Source of the DNA: Acidobacteriota bacterium
GTDB taxonomy: Bacteria > Acidobacteriota > UBA6911 > RPQK01 > JAPXNP01
NCBI GenBank assembly: GCA_037388505.1
Contig: JARRKC010000020.1
Coordinates: 12,204-76,203, forward strand
Length of the DNA stretch: 64,000 nucleotides
Direction: 5' to 3'
The position numbers and the translations under genes are program-made. Each line of letters begins with the position of its first letter. The first letter of the stretch is position 1. Below the pieces are notes generated by a model that searched no databases, was not told the origin of the DNA, and worked only from the letters and a program-made list of their open reading frames with translations. Below, piece after piece: positions 8,703 to 18,657 of this stretch.

Positions 8703-10553
8703 ATGCTGGACTTTCACAGATCCAGGGGGACGGACGGACTGAGCACGGCTTGTCCTTACCTCCTTGCCATTCTGATTTTCTTGTTTATGTCTCCCCTGTT
8801 CGGGCAGGACGGAAGCATGAAATGGGCTTTCGAAACCGCCAGCGGGGTGGTGTCTTCTCCGGCTATCGGCGATGAGGGGATTGTTTTCGTCGGCTCCAAC
8901 GGCGGCGTCCTCTATGCCGTCCAGCCGGACGGCACCGAAAAGTGGGAGTACGACACTGGAGCCCTCATCACTAAGGCCCCCGCGGTAGCCGACGACGGGA
9001 CCGTCTACGTTGGGAACAACCAAGGAAAACTGCTCGCACTCAATCCGGACGGGACCTTGAAATGGACGTTCAACCCGGACGTGGGAGGTACGTTGAGTGG
9101 ACCCGTCGCGATCGCTGCGGATGGAACGGTTTACGCCGGCTTCGGTGTTGCCGTCGATGCCCAGGTCTACGCCATCAATCCGGATGGAAGTCAGTTTTGG
9201 TCGTACAAGCCCAGTACGACGACGAAGGGGATCGCCATTGGTCTAGGCGGACTGATCGTGATCACGGACGCCAACGGCGGCGTCATTGCGCTGGATCCAC
9301 AGGGCGCCGAGCAGTGGAGTGTGGACTATACGAACGGAATCAACTACGCCCCCATCATTGGTGAGGACGGAACGATCTACTACGGCTCCAACAGCGAATT
9401 CGGTGCTCTCGATCCGAGTGACGGGAGCCAGAAGTGGGAGGTTTCTTTGGGCGCCGTCGGAGAGTCTGCTTCGATCGATGCGACTGGAGCTATTTTGGTC
9501 CCGCTGGGCATCTCGGCGTCGGAGGGTGGCGTCGTAGCCCTCGATCCATCGAACGGCACGGAGAAGTGGCGCTACACGACCTCCTCCCGTGTCCACGCGA
9601 CCCCGGCCGTCGGACTCGATGGAACGATCTACTTCGGAACCGACGGTAATGAGCTGGTCGCTCTCCGCCCCGACGGAAGTGAACTCTGGAAGTTCCAGGC
9701 AGACGGGGATATCCAATCCTCTCCCACGATCGTGGAGAACGGAACGCTCTATGTCGGCTCGAGCGACCGCCATCTCTATGCTCTCAGAACCTCGTCCGCC
9801 GGTCTGTCGGCCAGTGCTTGGCCCAAGAAGCAGCGAGACGTCCGAAATACGGGTCAACTGGGATCGGACGTGACACGTCGTCGGTGGTTCGCTCCGCATG
9901 TGTACTACATCGATGATAAGAACGATACTATCGTCACGATCAGCCACATCGGCGGTTCTGCGGGTCATCCCCTCGGCACAACAGCATCGTTCCGAATTGA
10001 TGTGCGGAATCGTGACGGTTCGGTGCTGTTTTCGATCGAGGATTCCATCGAGCCGGGACAAACCAAGGACATCGTGCTCAAGGCTCCCGACTCGTCAACC
10101 TTCGTCGGCTCGGCGGTGATCGACGCCCCCGTCAAAGACGGCCTCGTTCTGGCACCCTACCTGACCTGGGTGTTAGACGTTTCCCCGCAGCTGAATCCCC
10201 TGCACATCGGTGCCTTCTTCTCGGATCCGACGGATGCGGCCCAGGAGCATCACTTTCCCGGGGAGGCCAGTCAGACCAACGGGCTGGGCATCGCCGTCCA
10301 GAACATCGGCGACAACAGCGTCAGTTGTTCACTCGAATTCATCGAGGCCGATGGAACATCGGAGGGCACGCAGACGCTGGACCTGAACCCGCTGGGATCG
10401 GTGGTTCAGTTCTTCAATGACTCCGTTCCCGAGGGATTCAAGGGAAGGGGGGCTTTCCTTTGTGACGCTCCCGTCGTCGCCGTCGCCGTGAACCAGGATT
10501 TCTCGAACGGAGGATTTCCGACGGACCGCGTAACGATCAAGGGAGTCCACTAG
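8703..10553 (+). CDS. secreted PQQ-like beta-propeller repeat protein with C-terminal beta-sandwich-like modules
   Basis: AAGGAG Shine-Dalgarno and a signal peptide. Repeated DGT(V/I)Y(V/F)G...L(Y/L)A(L/V)xPDG(T/S)xKW units. The C-terminal FPGEASQTNGLGIAVQNIG...SLEFIEADGTSEG resembles the modules of 1723-4688 and 36931-41661. Confidence 0.8.
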   Translation: MLDFHRSRGTDGLSTACPYLLAILIFLFMSPLFGQDGSMKWAFETASGVVSSPAIGDEGIVFVGSNGGVLYAVQPDGTEKWEYDTGALITKAPAVADDGTVYVGNNQGKLLALNPDGTLKWTFNPDVGGTLSGPVAIAADGTVYAGFGVAVDAQVYAINPDGSQFWSYKPSTTTKGIAIGLGGLIVITDANGGVIALDPQGAEQWSVDYTNGINYAPIIGEDGTIYYGSNSEFGALDPSDGSQKWEVSLGAVGESASIDATGAILVPLGISASEGGVVALDPSNGTEKWRYTTSSRVHATPAVGLDGTIYFGTDGNELVALRPDGSELWKFQADGDIQSSPTIVENGTLYVGSSDRHLYALRTSSAGLSASAWPKKQRDVRNTGQLGSDVTRRRWFAPHVYYIDDKNDTIVTISHIGGSAGHPLGTTASFRIDVRNRDGSVLFSIEDSIEPGQTKDIVLKAPDSSTFVGSAVIDAPVKDGLVLAPYLTWVLDVSPQLNPLHIGAFFSDPTDAAQEHHFPGEASQTNGLGIAVQNIGDNSVSCSLEFIEADGTSEGTQTLDLNPLGSVVQFFNDSVPEGFKGRGAFLCDAPVVAVAVNQDFSNGGFPTDRVTIKGVH

Positions 10554-10570
10554 GAGCCTGGGCCTTGGGT

Positions 10571-13546
10571 TCAGTCCGTCAGGGGGCCCAGGATTTGCTC
10601 GAAGATGTCCCGGACTCCTTGTGTCGCTGCCCGATAGCGGTCGAGGAGGTCGTTTCCCGAAGCATAGCCGAGCAGGGAAGCGGTCAGGCGATTCTCATCC
10701 GGATCCGTGGAAAGTCGATCTTGTTCCGAGCCGCCCTGGAGATCGAGCATCGATTCGAGAGCCAGGAAGAACTTGAATGCTTCGCGGAGGACTTGGGCAT
10801 CCGCCCTGTCGATCTGTTCTTGTAGGACAAGCTTATTGATTGCTGACAGTAGATTAGGATCCGGAATCTCGTGTTGGACCTGAAGGAACTGCGTGACAAA
10901 CTGGATGTCCAGCAGACCTCCCCGTCCGACCTTGAAATCGAACGCCCGGTTCCGCTCCTCCTGCCCGACTTCCCGCTCTTTGCGTAAACGAATATGTCTC
11001 AGAGAAGCAGTCTCTTCGTCGGTGAAGGGACGTTCGAAGACCAGGCTCTCCAAGTCGGGAGTGAATTCCCGGCTGAGTAGAATCCTGGACTTGACCCAGG
11101 CCAGACGCTCCCAGGGTTCCAGCCGTTCGACAAAATACTTCCCGAACTGGGAGAAGGGAACGACCTCTCCGGCGTGGCGGCCTTCGGGCCTCAATCGAAG
11201 ATCGATTTCATACGCCCGCCCACTGGCGGTGTACTGGGTCAGCTCATCACGAAAGAGCTTGAGAAAATCGTAGAAATCGCCCAAAGGCTCCCGGCAGCGG
11301 GCGTCGTCGATCAGGAAGACCAGATCCAGGTCGGACTGGAAGGCAAGTTCGCTTCCGCCCAGTTTGCCCAGAGCCACCAGCGCGCAAGGCTCCTCCCGCA
11401 GCTTGGGGCAGGCCTCGAAACCCGTATCCCAAGCGACGGCGAGAGATGCTTCGGCAAGCTCGGAGAGCCGGCGTCGAGTCGATTCAGAACCCGGGTTGTC
11501 GAGCTCTCGGAGTGCGATCTTGAATTCCTTTCGTCTCTTGAAGAGTCGCAGCGCCTCCCGCTGTGAAGTTCCGTTCCGAGCATGGGCGCGGATGAAGTGT
11601 CGAAGCAAAGTCCGCGGGTCGGCCGGCTCCTCGGGTCGGGTCACCAGATCGAGCAGTTCCGGATTCCGGATCAACGTCTCCGCATAGGTCGCGCCCAACG
11701 ACAAGAGGGTCAGCAATCGCCGGGCGAAGGCGGGGTTCTCATTCATTTCGGTGTAGAGGGGTACCCGGGCCTGAAGGGCGTCACAGAACCGGTCGAGGCG
11801 GCTGAACAGCTCTCGCGGATCCTCCAGCAAAGCGGCCCTTTCCACGAGAGTCGAAAGCAGGTTGGCCAGAAGGTTCCGCATCCGCGAGGGCGAATAAGGA
11901 AAGGCCGGTGCCGCCGCCAGGAGCCGGATCCCCTCCAGGACAGCCTCGGGCCGGCGCGTTTCGCGACTGGTCAGCCTGTCGAGCGCTTCCTCGTCGGACA
12001 GCGACGGATTCAGCACGAGTTCCCCGAGCCCCCGCTCATCCGACGAACTCCTGAACAGAGAATCAAAGATTTGGTGCACGGTTAAAGTATGTTCTTTCAG
12101 ATCCTTCTGGAACTCATGAAGGATCTCGGAGTCGGAATCCTCCGCAGAATCGGTACATTCCCGGTAGCCCATCCGCCTGGCGCAACGAACCAGTTCATCT
12201 TCGGTGTCGGGAAGCGAATGTGTCTGGAGGTCATGGACGAGTTGGAGTTTATGCTCCAGGTCTCGCAGGAAGACGTAGGCCGAGCGAAGGGCTTCGAACT
12301 CCGACCGGCCGATGTATCCGAAATCGAGAAGTCGGTCCAGGGCCGTTAGGGTTGACGGGGTACGTAGCTCCAGGCAGGTCCCACCGTAAAGGATCTGAAA
12401 GGACTGAACGAAGAATTCAATCTCGCGGATCCCCCCCAGCCCGAGCTTGATATGCGTGTCCGTCTGCCGCTTTCGCCGGAGCATCTCGTCCGTGCGTTTC
12501 TTCGTCCAACGCATCTCCTCCAGGGCCGCATAGTCCAGATACTTCTTGAAAACGAAGTCCTGGATCGACTCGACGAAGCGCTCTCCGAGCCGCCGGTCAC
12601 CGGCAACCCACCGGCATTTGATCAGGGCGAGACGATCCATGGTGTCCGCCCACGTCTGATAGTACTGGCGGCAGGCCTCTTCCGAATAGGCGATCTCCCC
12701 GGTCCGGCCACTCGGCCTGAGGCGCAGGTCCACACGGAAAAGGTGGCCGTCCCTCGTGTATTCCGTCAGGGCACGGGTGTAGTCGCGGGCGAAGCGAATC
12801 ATCCGGTCGGTGGGAGCATCGTCCGCATAGAGGAACAGCAGATCGACATCCGAGCTGAAGTTCAGCTCCCGGCCGCCCAGCTTCCCCAAAGCCACGACCG
12901 CGAAGCCCGTAGGCGCGTCGAGACGCTCGCGGGCCAGAATCTCGAAAACCGTTTGCAGCAGCACCTGAGCCAGATCCGAGATCTGTGTGACCGTATCCTG
13001 CATGCGAGTGATGCCCAGGATGTCCTGAGCGCCGATCCGCAGCGATTCACGACGACGTAGCCGCCGGAGAGCTCCCAGAGCCTGCACCGCATCTCCAAAG
13101 GGCCGCGTCGTCTCCTCGGCCTGCGCGCTGAAGTAGCCCTCGTCGTGGACTCGCTCCAGCCGCTGTTTCTCCAGCAGCCAGTAGAAGTATTCCGGACTGC
13201 GAAGCAGCGTCTCGGCAAGGTAGGGAGAACCGCCCAGGATGCCGACGAGAATCTCCAGTGCCGAAGGATTCGTCTCGAGGGTGGTCAGAAGGTGCACGGG
13301 AGATGGGACGTTCTCGAAGAACGCTTCGAGCTGGCGCACGGCGGCGTCAGGATCAACGGATCGCGAAAGCTCCGCAAGCAGGGGCTCGGCCCAATGACCC
13401 ATCCGCTCCGGGGAAGAGACGAGTCCGGCAATGGCCGCTAGATGTTCGTCGGCGCGCAACGGGTCTTTGAACCGGTAAGGTCCGAGCAGAACCTCGATCT
13501 CCGACTCTTCGAGGTCGGTTGCCAGAAACAAATCGCGAGGATGCAT
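10571..13546 (-). CDS. glnE: glutamine synthetase adenylyltransferase / adenylyl-removing enzyme
   Basis: Two nucleotidyltransferase cores (LGKLGGRELNFSSDVDLLFLY and LGKLGGSELAFQSDLDLVFL). Size and position next to glnA fit. I chose the ATG at 13546 (MHPRDLF) because the upstream 49 codons look non-coding. Confidence 0.9.
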   Translation of the reverse strand: MHPRDLFLATDLEESEIEVLLGPYRFKDPLRADEHLAAIAGLVSSPERMGHWAEPLLAELSRSVDPDAAVRQLEAFFENVPSPVHLLTTLETNPSALEILVGILGGSPYLAETLLRSPEYFYWLLEKQRLERVHDEGYFSAQAEETTRPFGDAVQALGALRRLRRRESLRIGAQDILGITRMQDTVTQISDLAQVLLQTVFEILARERLDAPTGFAVVALGKLGGRELNFSSDVDLLFLYADDAPTDRMIRFARDYTRALTEYTRDGHLFRVDLRLRPSGRTGEIAYSEEACRQYYQTWADTMDRLALIKCRWVAGDRRLGERFVESIQDFVFKKYLDYAALEEMRWTKKRTDEMLRRKRQTDTHIKLGLGGIREIEFFVQSFQILYGGTCLELRTPSTLTALDRLLDFGYIGRSEFEALRSAYVFLRDLEHKLQLVHDLQTHSLPDTEDELVRCARRMGYRECTDSAEDSDSEILHEFQKDLKEHTLTVHQIFDSLFRSSSDERGLGELVLNPSLSDEEALDRLTSRETRRPEAVLEGIRLLAAAPAFPYSPSRMRNLLANLLSTLVERAALLEDPRELFSRLDRFCDALQARVPLYTEMNENPAFARRLLTLLSLGATYAETLIRNPELLDLVTRPEEPADPRTLLRHFIRAHARNGTSQREALRLFKRRKEFKIALRELDNPGSESTRRRLSELAEASLAVAWDTGFEACPKLREEPCALVALGKLGGSELAFQSDLDLVFLIDDARCREPLGDFYDFLKLFRDELTQYTASGRAYEIDLRLRPEGRHAGEVVPFSQFGKYFVERLEPWERLAWVKSRILLSREFTPDLESLVFERPFTDEETASLRHIRLRKEREVGQEERNRAFDFKVGRGGLLDIQFVTQFLQVQHEIPDPNLLSAINKLVLQEQIDRADAQVLREAFKFFLALESMLDLQGGSEQDRLSTDPDENRLTASLLGYASGNDLLDRYRAATQGVRDIFEQILGPLTD

Positions 13547-13636
13547 CCCGGCGAGATTGTACCGGAAGTCGAGAGGGAAAGAAGGGCTGCGAGGGCCGGA
13601 GAACGAGAGTACGGGGGAAAGGAAGTCAGAAGTGGT

Positions 13637-13664
13637 GGGAAACGGGAGTCGGGAAACGGGAGAC
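13637..13664. repeat. tandem heptamer repeat (gggaaac gggagtc gggaaac gggagac)
   Basis: Four 7-nt units read directly, about 90 nt upstream of the glnE start. Confidence 0.6.
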
Positions 13665-13912
13665 GAACAAACAGTGCCGAGTTCCGAGTACACAATACCG
13701 GGAGTCGCGGGCAGGTCGGTGCGCGAATGAAATGAGCGATCCCCTGGACGGTAGCCGGCTTCCTGCTTTACCGCGAGCTTCGCACCCGGCCGTCGAGAGT
13801 GGCAGAATCGATCTCACGCAAAGACGCCGCGGACGCCAAGGGCTCCATAGCGAAGAAAGCCGTTGCGTCCATCGCGTTTTTGCGGCTGCGCGTGAAGCCG
13901 GTCCAGACCGTG

Positions 13913-13944
13913 GAGGACACCGGGAAGGGCTTCCCGGTGTCCTC
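13913..13944 (-). terminator. perfect 14-bp stem / 4-nt loop hairpin downstream of glnA
   Basis: gaggacaccgggaa-gggc-ttcccggtgtcctc, 27 nt past the glnA stop. No U-tract follows, so it may be a stabiliser rather than an intrinsic terminator. Confidence 0.4.
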
Positions 13945-13971
13945 TGTCGTCCGCTGAGCAGAGCCTCGGAC

Positions 13972-15387
13972 CTAGATGTCGAAATAGAGTGCAAACTCGT
14001 ACGGATGCGGTCGCAGGCGAATGGCATCTACTTCGTGCTTGCGCTTGTACGCGAGCCAGGTGTCGATGACGTCCGGCGTGAAAACGTCTCCTTTCAGAAG
14101 GAAGTCGTGATCTGAGGCCAGAGCGGCCAGCGCCTCTTCCAGGGAACCGGGCGTCGATTGCACCTGGGCAAGATCCTCCGGTTCGAGATCATACAGATCC
14201 TTGTCCATGGGATCAGGCGGGGTGATCTTGTTCTGGATTCCGTCCAGGCCCGCCATCAGCATGGCCGCGAAAGCCAGATAACCGTTGCACGACGGATCGG
14301 GGCAGCGGAATTCGAGACGCTTCGCCTTCTCGCTGCGGCTGTAGGCCGGAATACGGACGCAGGCGCTGCGGTTGCGCATCGAGTAGATCAGATTGATCGG
14401 AGCCTCATATCCCGGCACCAGGCGCCTGTACGAATTGGTGGTCGGAGCGCAGAATGCCAGCAGCGCGCCGGCGTGCTTGAGGAGACCGCCGATGTAGTAC
14501 ACCGCTTCCTGGCTGAGGTCTGCATAGGTCCCGGGCTGGTAGAAGACATTCTTGCCGCCCTTCCAGAGACTCTGGTGACAGTGCATGCCGGAACCGTTGT
14601 CCTGAAACAGAGGCTTCGGCATCAGCGTAGCCGTCTTGCCGTGCTTGCGTGCCGTGTTCTTCACAACGTACTTGAACTTTAAGAATTTATCGGCCATCCG
14701 GAGAAGGGAATCGAAGCGCATATCGATTTCGCATTGTCCTCCGGTAGCGACTTCGTGGTGGTGGATTTCGACCTCGATGCCGATCTGTTCCAACGTCAGC
14801 ATCATCTCGGTACGAATATCCTGCAGCGTGTCCATCGGCGGCACTGGAAAGTAGCCTTCCTTGTAGCGCGGCTTGTATCCGAGATTCGGCTGTTCTTCAC
14901 GGTTGCTGTTCCAGAAACCTTCGACTGAGTCCACGAAATAGGAGCCCTGGTTGTAGGTCTGGGCGAACCGTACCTCGTCGAGGACGAAGAATTCGGGCTC
15001 TGGCCCGAAATAGGCTTTGTCCGCGATTCCGGTCGAGATCAGATAGTTTTCCGCCTTCTGTGCGATATAGCGGGGATCCCGCGAGTACGGCTCTCCGGTC
15101 ACCGGGTCGCCAACATTACAGATCAGGACCAGTGTGCGGTGCTGGGCGTAGGGATCCTCGAAGGCACTGTTGGGATCGGGAAACAGCAGCATGTCGCTCT
15201 CCTGGATCTGCTGAAATCCCCGGATGCTCGATCCGTCGAACCCGAAGCCCTCCTCAAAGCTGCCCTCATCGACCAACGTCGGATTGCAGGTGAAATGCTG
15301 CCAGAGTCCCGGCAAATCACAAAAACGAAGGTCGACGGCCTCGATCTCCCTGTCCCTGATCAACTGCACAACTTCTTTAGCGTCCAT
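13972..15387 (-). CDS. glnA: glutamine synthetase type I
   Basis: 471 aa, with N-terminal [12 protein letters not shown] and [11 protein letters not shown]. The adenylylation-site context [10 protein letters not shown] is present. Confidence 0.95.
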   Translation of the reverse strand: MDAKEVVQLIRDREIEAVDLRFCDLPGLWQHFTCNPTLVDEGSFEEGFGFDGSSIRGFQQIQESDMLLFPDPNSAFEDPYAQHRTLVLICNVGDPVTGEPYSRDPRYIAQKAENYLISTGIADKAYFGPEPEFFVLDEVRFAQTYNQGSYFVDSVEGFWNSNREEQPNLGYKPRYKEGYFPVPPMDTLQDIRTEMMLTLEQIGIEVEIHHHEVATGGQCEIDMRFDSLLRMADKFLKFKYVVKNTARKHGKTATLMPKPLFQDNGSGMHCHQSLWKGGKNVFYQPGTYADLSQEAVYYIGGLLKHAGALLAFCAPTTNSYRRLVPGYEAPINLIYSMRNRSACVRIPAYSRSEKAKRLEFRCPDPSCNGYLAFAAMLMAGLDGIQNKITPPDPMDKDLYDLEPEDLAQVQSTPGSLEEALAALASDHDFLLKGDVFTPDVIDTWLAYKRKHEVDAIRLRPHPYEFALYFDI

Positions 15388-15467
15388 TGTCTCTCCTCTC
15401 TTGGGCTCGATCTCAGGATCTCACCGCGTTTAACTCAGATCCATGTGCCGCATAACGATTCCACCAT

Positions 15468-15495
15468 ATTTTCGACATTTTTGTCAGCTTGTCAA
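15468..15495 (-). promoter_or_regulatory. candidate glnA promoter (TTGACA-N16-GAAAAT on the minus strand)
   Basis: Perfect -35 hexamer (plus-strand tgtcaa at 15490-15495). A 4/6 -10 hexamer lies at 15468-15473, about 75 nt upstream of the glnA ATG. Confidence 0.3.
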
Positions 15496-15525
15496 TCTGG
15501 ACGTTGCCGATTGTGCATGAAACTG

Positions 15526-15561
15526 GTGACACATTGCAGGAATGAGTGTGACAGTTTGCAG
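15526..15561. promoter_or_regulatory. direct repeat gtgacaNNttgcag x2, starts 22 bp apart, upstream of the glnA promoter candidate
   Basis: gtgacacattgcag (15526-15539) and gtgacagtttgcag (15548-15561), about two helical turns apart. This position is typical of activator sites. Confidence 0.3.
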
Positions 15562-15604
15562 AGACGAGCGGCGCATTCCCGTGGGCAAGAGCATTTTCGA
15601 AGGC

Positions 15605-15947
15605 CGATTTTCGATTTGCGATGGCCGATTTGCGTTGGCTCCCCCTCCGAACCGGAACCGACGCCTTTCGGGAATCTGAGAGCCGGAACGAAGTGAGGGA
15701 GCCCTTTGTGCGGGCCTCGAACACCCGGCCTCCCGCCCGGGCCGAACCTCGATCGCAAGCCCCTCAACCAATGAAGGGTCGTTCGGATTCACCGATTCAG
15801 GAAAGCCTCGTTAAGAGAGCCCTGCCGAGGGATTCGGCTACAAACGGTTCGGACCTTCGGCGACGGCCGCGCTCTGATGCACCTGGTACGAAGCGTGGTC
15901 GGGCGTGCGCCGCAGATCGAAAATCGGCAATCGACAATCGAAAATCG
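15605..15947. repeat. inverted-repeat element E1: 30-nt arms made of 4 heptamers (cgattt-type), 26/30 complementary, 283-nt interior
   Basis: Left arm cgattttcgatttgcgatggccgatttgcg (15605-15634) against the reverse complement of cgaaaatcggcaatcgacaatcgaaaatcg (15918-15947). Confidence 0.6.
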
Positions 15948-15966
15948 AGAAACCCGTCAAAGCCTC

Positions 15967-17166
15967 CTAAGCGGGGCGACGGACGCGGCCGATGCCCAGG
16001 GCGATCAGGCAGAGAATGCCGGCCATACCGACTGCGATCCAGAGGCTGGACGCGCCGAATGCTTCTGCGGGCGCTCCCGCGCTCAGGTTGCCGATGATCT
16101 TGGGGACCAGCGTCCCGCCGAGCAGACCAACCGCAAAGATGATCCCGAAGATGCTGCCGTAAAGGCTGGGTTCGAACTTGGCAAAGGTCACGCCCACGAT
16201 GGTGGGAAAGATCGGCGCGAATGCGAGTCCGGTCACCATGACCGCGATGATGCCGACCAGCGGACCGGGGGTCAGGATCATCAGGACCAGTGCCAGTACC
16301 GATACCAGCGCGGCTCCCAGAATGACCTTTGGACCAATGGCGGTCAGGTTCTTGACCGCGGAAGTGATGAAGCGGCCGACCATGATCGCGACACCGAACA
16401 GACTCAGAACGAGTCCGGCGTTCGAAACCGCACCCGCAGAGGAGCCTGCGCTCGAGAACACATTCGTCATGTACGGTTTGATCCACGTCCCCATACTGGT
16501 TTCGAGCGCGATGTAGCAGAACAGCGCCAGAGCTGCGACGAGCACCGAGCCATTCCCGAGCAACCGGACGGCTTTGCTGATTTCGAACCCGATCGACACC
16601 TGCGGATAGCGGGGCAGCAGAGAGACGACCAGGAAGATCAGCATCAACACGCCGAGGATCGAAACACCTGACTTGTACCCGATCTCCAGTCCGGCAAACA
16701 GTGAGAAGAGGAGGGGGGTCAGTACATAGCCCAGACCGAAGAAGCCGTTGCCGAAGTTGCTGGCCCGGGCGGGATCCTTTCCCTCGAACAGAACCACTGG
16801 AATCAGGGTGTTGCCGACGGTGTTCAGGCACATGGCACCGACGCCGAGCAGCACGCAGGCCAGCACGGCCGTATTGAAGCTCGACGCCACCGCAAGCAGG
16901 AACATGCTGCCACTCAGAACCAGGAACCCGACAATGGCCATCGGCTTGTGTCCCAGCTTGTCGACCAGCGGACCGATGACCAACTGCACGATCATGCTGG
17001 TCAAGAACAGAGTGAGAACCAGGCTTCCCAGCTGGGCGTTGTCGATTCCGATCGCCGCCTTGAGCTCCTCGGAGATCGCCCCCAGGATGATGAAACAGAT
17101 GGCGAGACTGAAGACCGCCATCAAGGCCACAATGGCCGTCAACCGGCTACCCTCTTGTTGTTGCAT
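15967..17166 (-). CDS. MFS transporter
   Basis: About 12 hydrophobic segments. GAGGGAGGGA Shine-Dalgarno before the ATG at 17166 (MQQQEGSRLTAIVALMAVF). Confidence 0.8.
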   Translation of the reverse strand: MQQQEGSRLTAIVALMAVFSLAICFIILGAISEELKAAIGIDNAQLGSLVLTLFLTSMIVQLVIGPLVDKLGHKPMAIVGFLVLSGSMFLLAVASSFNTAVLACVLLGVGAMCLNTVGNTLIPVVLFEGKDPARASNFGNGFFGLGYVLTPLLFSLFAGLEIGYKSGVSILGVLMLIFLVVSLLPRYPQVSIGFEISKAVRLLGNGSVLVAALALFCYIALETSMGTWIKPYMTNVFSSAGSSAGAVSNAGLVLSLFGVAIMVGRFITSAVKNLTAIGPKVILGAALVSVLALVLMILTPGPLVGIIAVMVTGLAFAPIFPTIVGVTFAKFEPSLYGSIFGIIFAVGLLGGTLVPKIIGNLSAGAPAEAFGASSLWIAVGMAGILCLIALGIGRVRRPA

Positions 17167-17380
17167 CACGGCTGTCCCTCCCTCAAATGAAAAGAGCGGT
17201 CTCATCATAAAGGAAGGGTCCCCACCGCACAATCACCCACAACGTCGTCCTCGTCGTGTCGCTTTGGCGGATGGTCGTTTTGTCGTTGTGCTGGATGCTC
17301 TGTGGCGGTCCTGCCCAAGACTCACTACGACCGCACGACGCCGGAACGTGACCGCGACGGAGACGACGCAACCAGCGGCT

Positions 17381-17989
17381 TCAGGCACCTGGTGGTGAGG
17401 TCCCGGGTTCCGCGTTCTCCATGAAGTAGTAGCCGATCAAGTGCTGGATCAGGAAGTGACAGTCTTCGATCCGGCCTATGTGAGCGGAGTCGACCACGAT
17501 GGCGTGCTCAGCGAGTTCGGCCAGGGGGCCGGCGCGGCGACTGCAGAAACCGACGGTCGTCAAGTCGTGTTCGCGAGCCCAGGCGACCGCCTCGAGAACG
17601 TTCTTCGAGGCACCGCTGCTGCTGAAAGCCAGCAGAACATCACCGGGATCGGCAAAGTTGCGGAGCTGCTCAACGAAGATCTGCGAATAGTCGAGATCGT
17701 TGGCCAGCGCCGTGATCCAGGAGACATTGTCGGTCAACGCCATGACGCGAAAACGCCTCTTTCGAGTCAGGCACGATCCCTTGCCCAAATCGTTGGCGAA
17801 GTGGGTCGCCGTAGCCGCGCTTCCTCCGTTCCCGCAGATGAAAACGTGACGACCGAGACGGTTGGCTTCCTCGAGCACCTTCACGACCTCGGCCACACTG
17901 TCTAGCGGAAGCCGGCCGGCTGCTTTGATCGTTTCTTCGAGATATTCTTCGAGGTAGCGTCGGACCGTCTCGGCAGATTTCATCCGCAC
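17381..17989 (-). CDS. SIS-domain protein, GmhA/DiaA-like sugar-phosphate isomerase
   Basis: HVFICGNGGSAATATHFANDLGK plus a LAFSSSGASKN block. Confidence 0.8.
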   Translation of the reverse strand: MRMKSAETVRRYLEEYLEETIKAAGRLPLDSVAEVVKVLEEANRLGRHVFICGNGGSAATATHFANDLGKGSCLTRKRRFRVMALTDNVSWITALANDLDYSQIFVEQLRNFADPGDVLLAFSSSGASKNVLEAVAWAREHDLTTVGFCSRRAGPLAELAEHAIVVDSAHIGRIEDCHFLIQHLIGYYFMENAEPGTSPPGA

Positions 17990-18138
17990 ATTCTACACCG
18001 GAGGATAGCGAGACTTGAGACGGCTGGAGACCTTCAGGTAAGCTTCTAGCCCAACCCGGCGGGCTGGACCTGGGCGCGGCCCCCGGCCGATATCGAAACG
18101 TCGCGGCCGCTCAGCGGCCTCTCGAGAAAGGGAGATAC

Positions 18139-18369
18139 ATGGCTGAAGTCGTTGGTGAAATGGAGAAGGGCTGGAACGAGAAAATCCTGTTCAGTGTCAG
18201 CGAGTTCAAAGGCAAAAATTACGCTGACATAAGGATTTACTATGAAGATGATGAGGGAGAATGGAAGCCCACGAAAAAGGGGGTCACCGTCAATCTCGAA
18301 AACTTCGCCGAGTTCAAGGAACGGGTGGAGGAACTCGGAACTTATCTCGAGGAGAAAGGGTACATCTGA
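18139..18369 (+). CDS. PC4/YdbC-like small ssDNA-binding protein
   Basis: 76 aa. The pattern ILFSVSEFKGKNYADIRIYYEDDEGEWKPTKKGVTV fits bacterial PC4-like proteins. Confidence 0.65.
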   Translation: MAEVVGEMEKGWNEKILFSVSEFKGKNYADIRIYYEDDEGEWKPTKKGVTVNLENFAEFKERVEELGTYLEEKGYI

Positions 18370-18426
18370 GTTGCACGTCCGGCCCCTGGCCGGAGGGTCG
18401 ATCCATTCTTTCCAAGGGGATGCACC

Positions 18427-18657
18427 ATGTCTTGCGAGATCACGATTCGCGATAACGGACCCATCGTCATTTCTGGGGATTTTCTGATCAAGGATGCCGC
18501 CGGCCGAGTCTTCGACGTGGCAGGACGGACCATCATCGGCCTGTGCCGTTGCGGAAATTCCGATAACAAGCCTTTTTGCGACGGAGCCCACAAACACTGC
18601 GGCTTCATGTCCGAAATCGAAGCCAGACAGCTTCCTCCACCCAAGCCGAAGGCCTGA
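18427..18657 (+). CDS. CDGSH iron-sulfur domain protein
   Basis: CRCGNSDNKPFCDGAH signature. Confidence 0.85.
   Translation: MSCEITIRDNGPIVISGDFLIKDAAGRVFDVAGRTIIGLCRCGNSDNKPFCDGAHKHCGFMSEIEARQLPPPKPKA

Noticed and set aside
15770-15880. Glutamine (glnA-motif) riboswitch inside element E1
   Set aside because: A cgttcgg...cac word resembles the motif start, but it is on the strand opposite to glnA and the GGAAGUAGG / AAGGAACGC core is missing.
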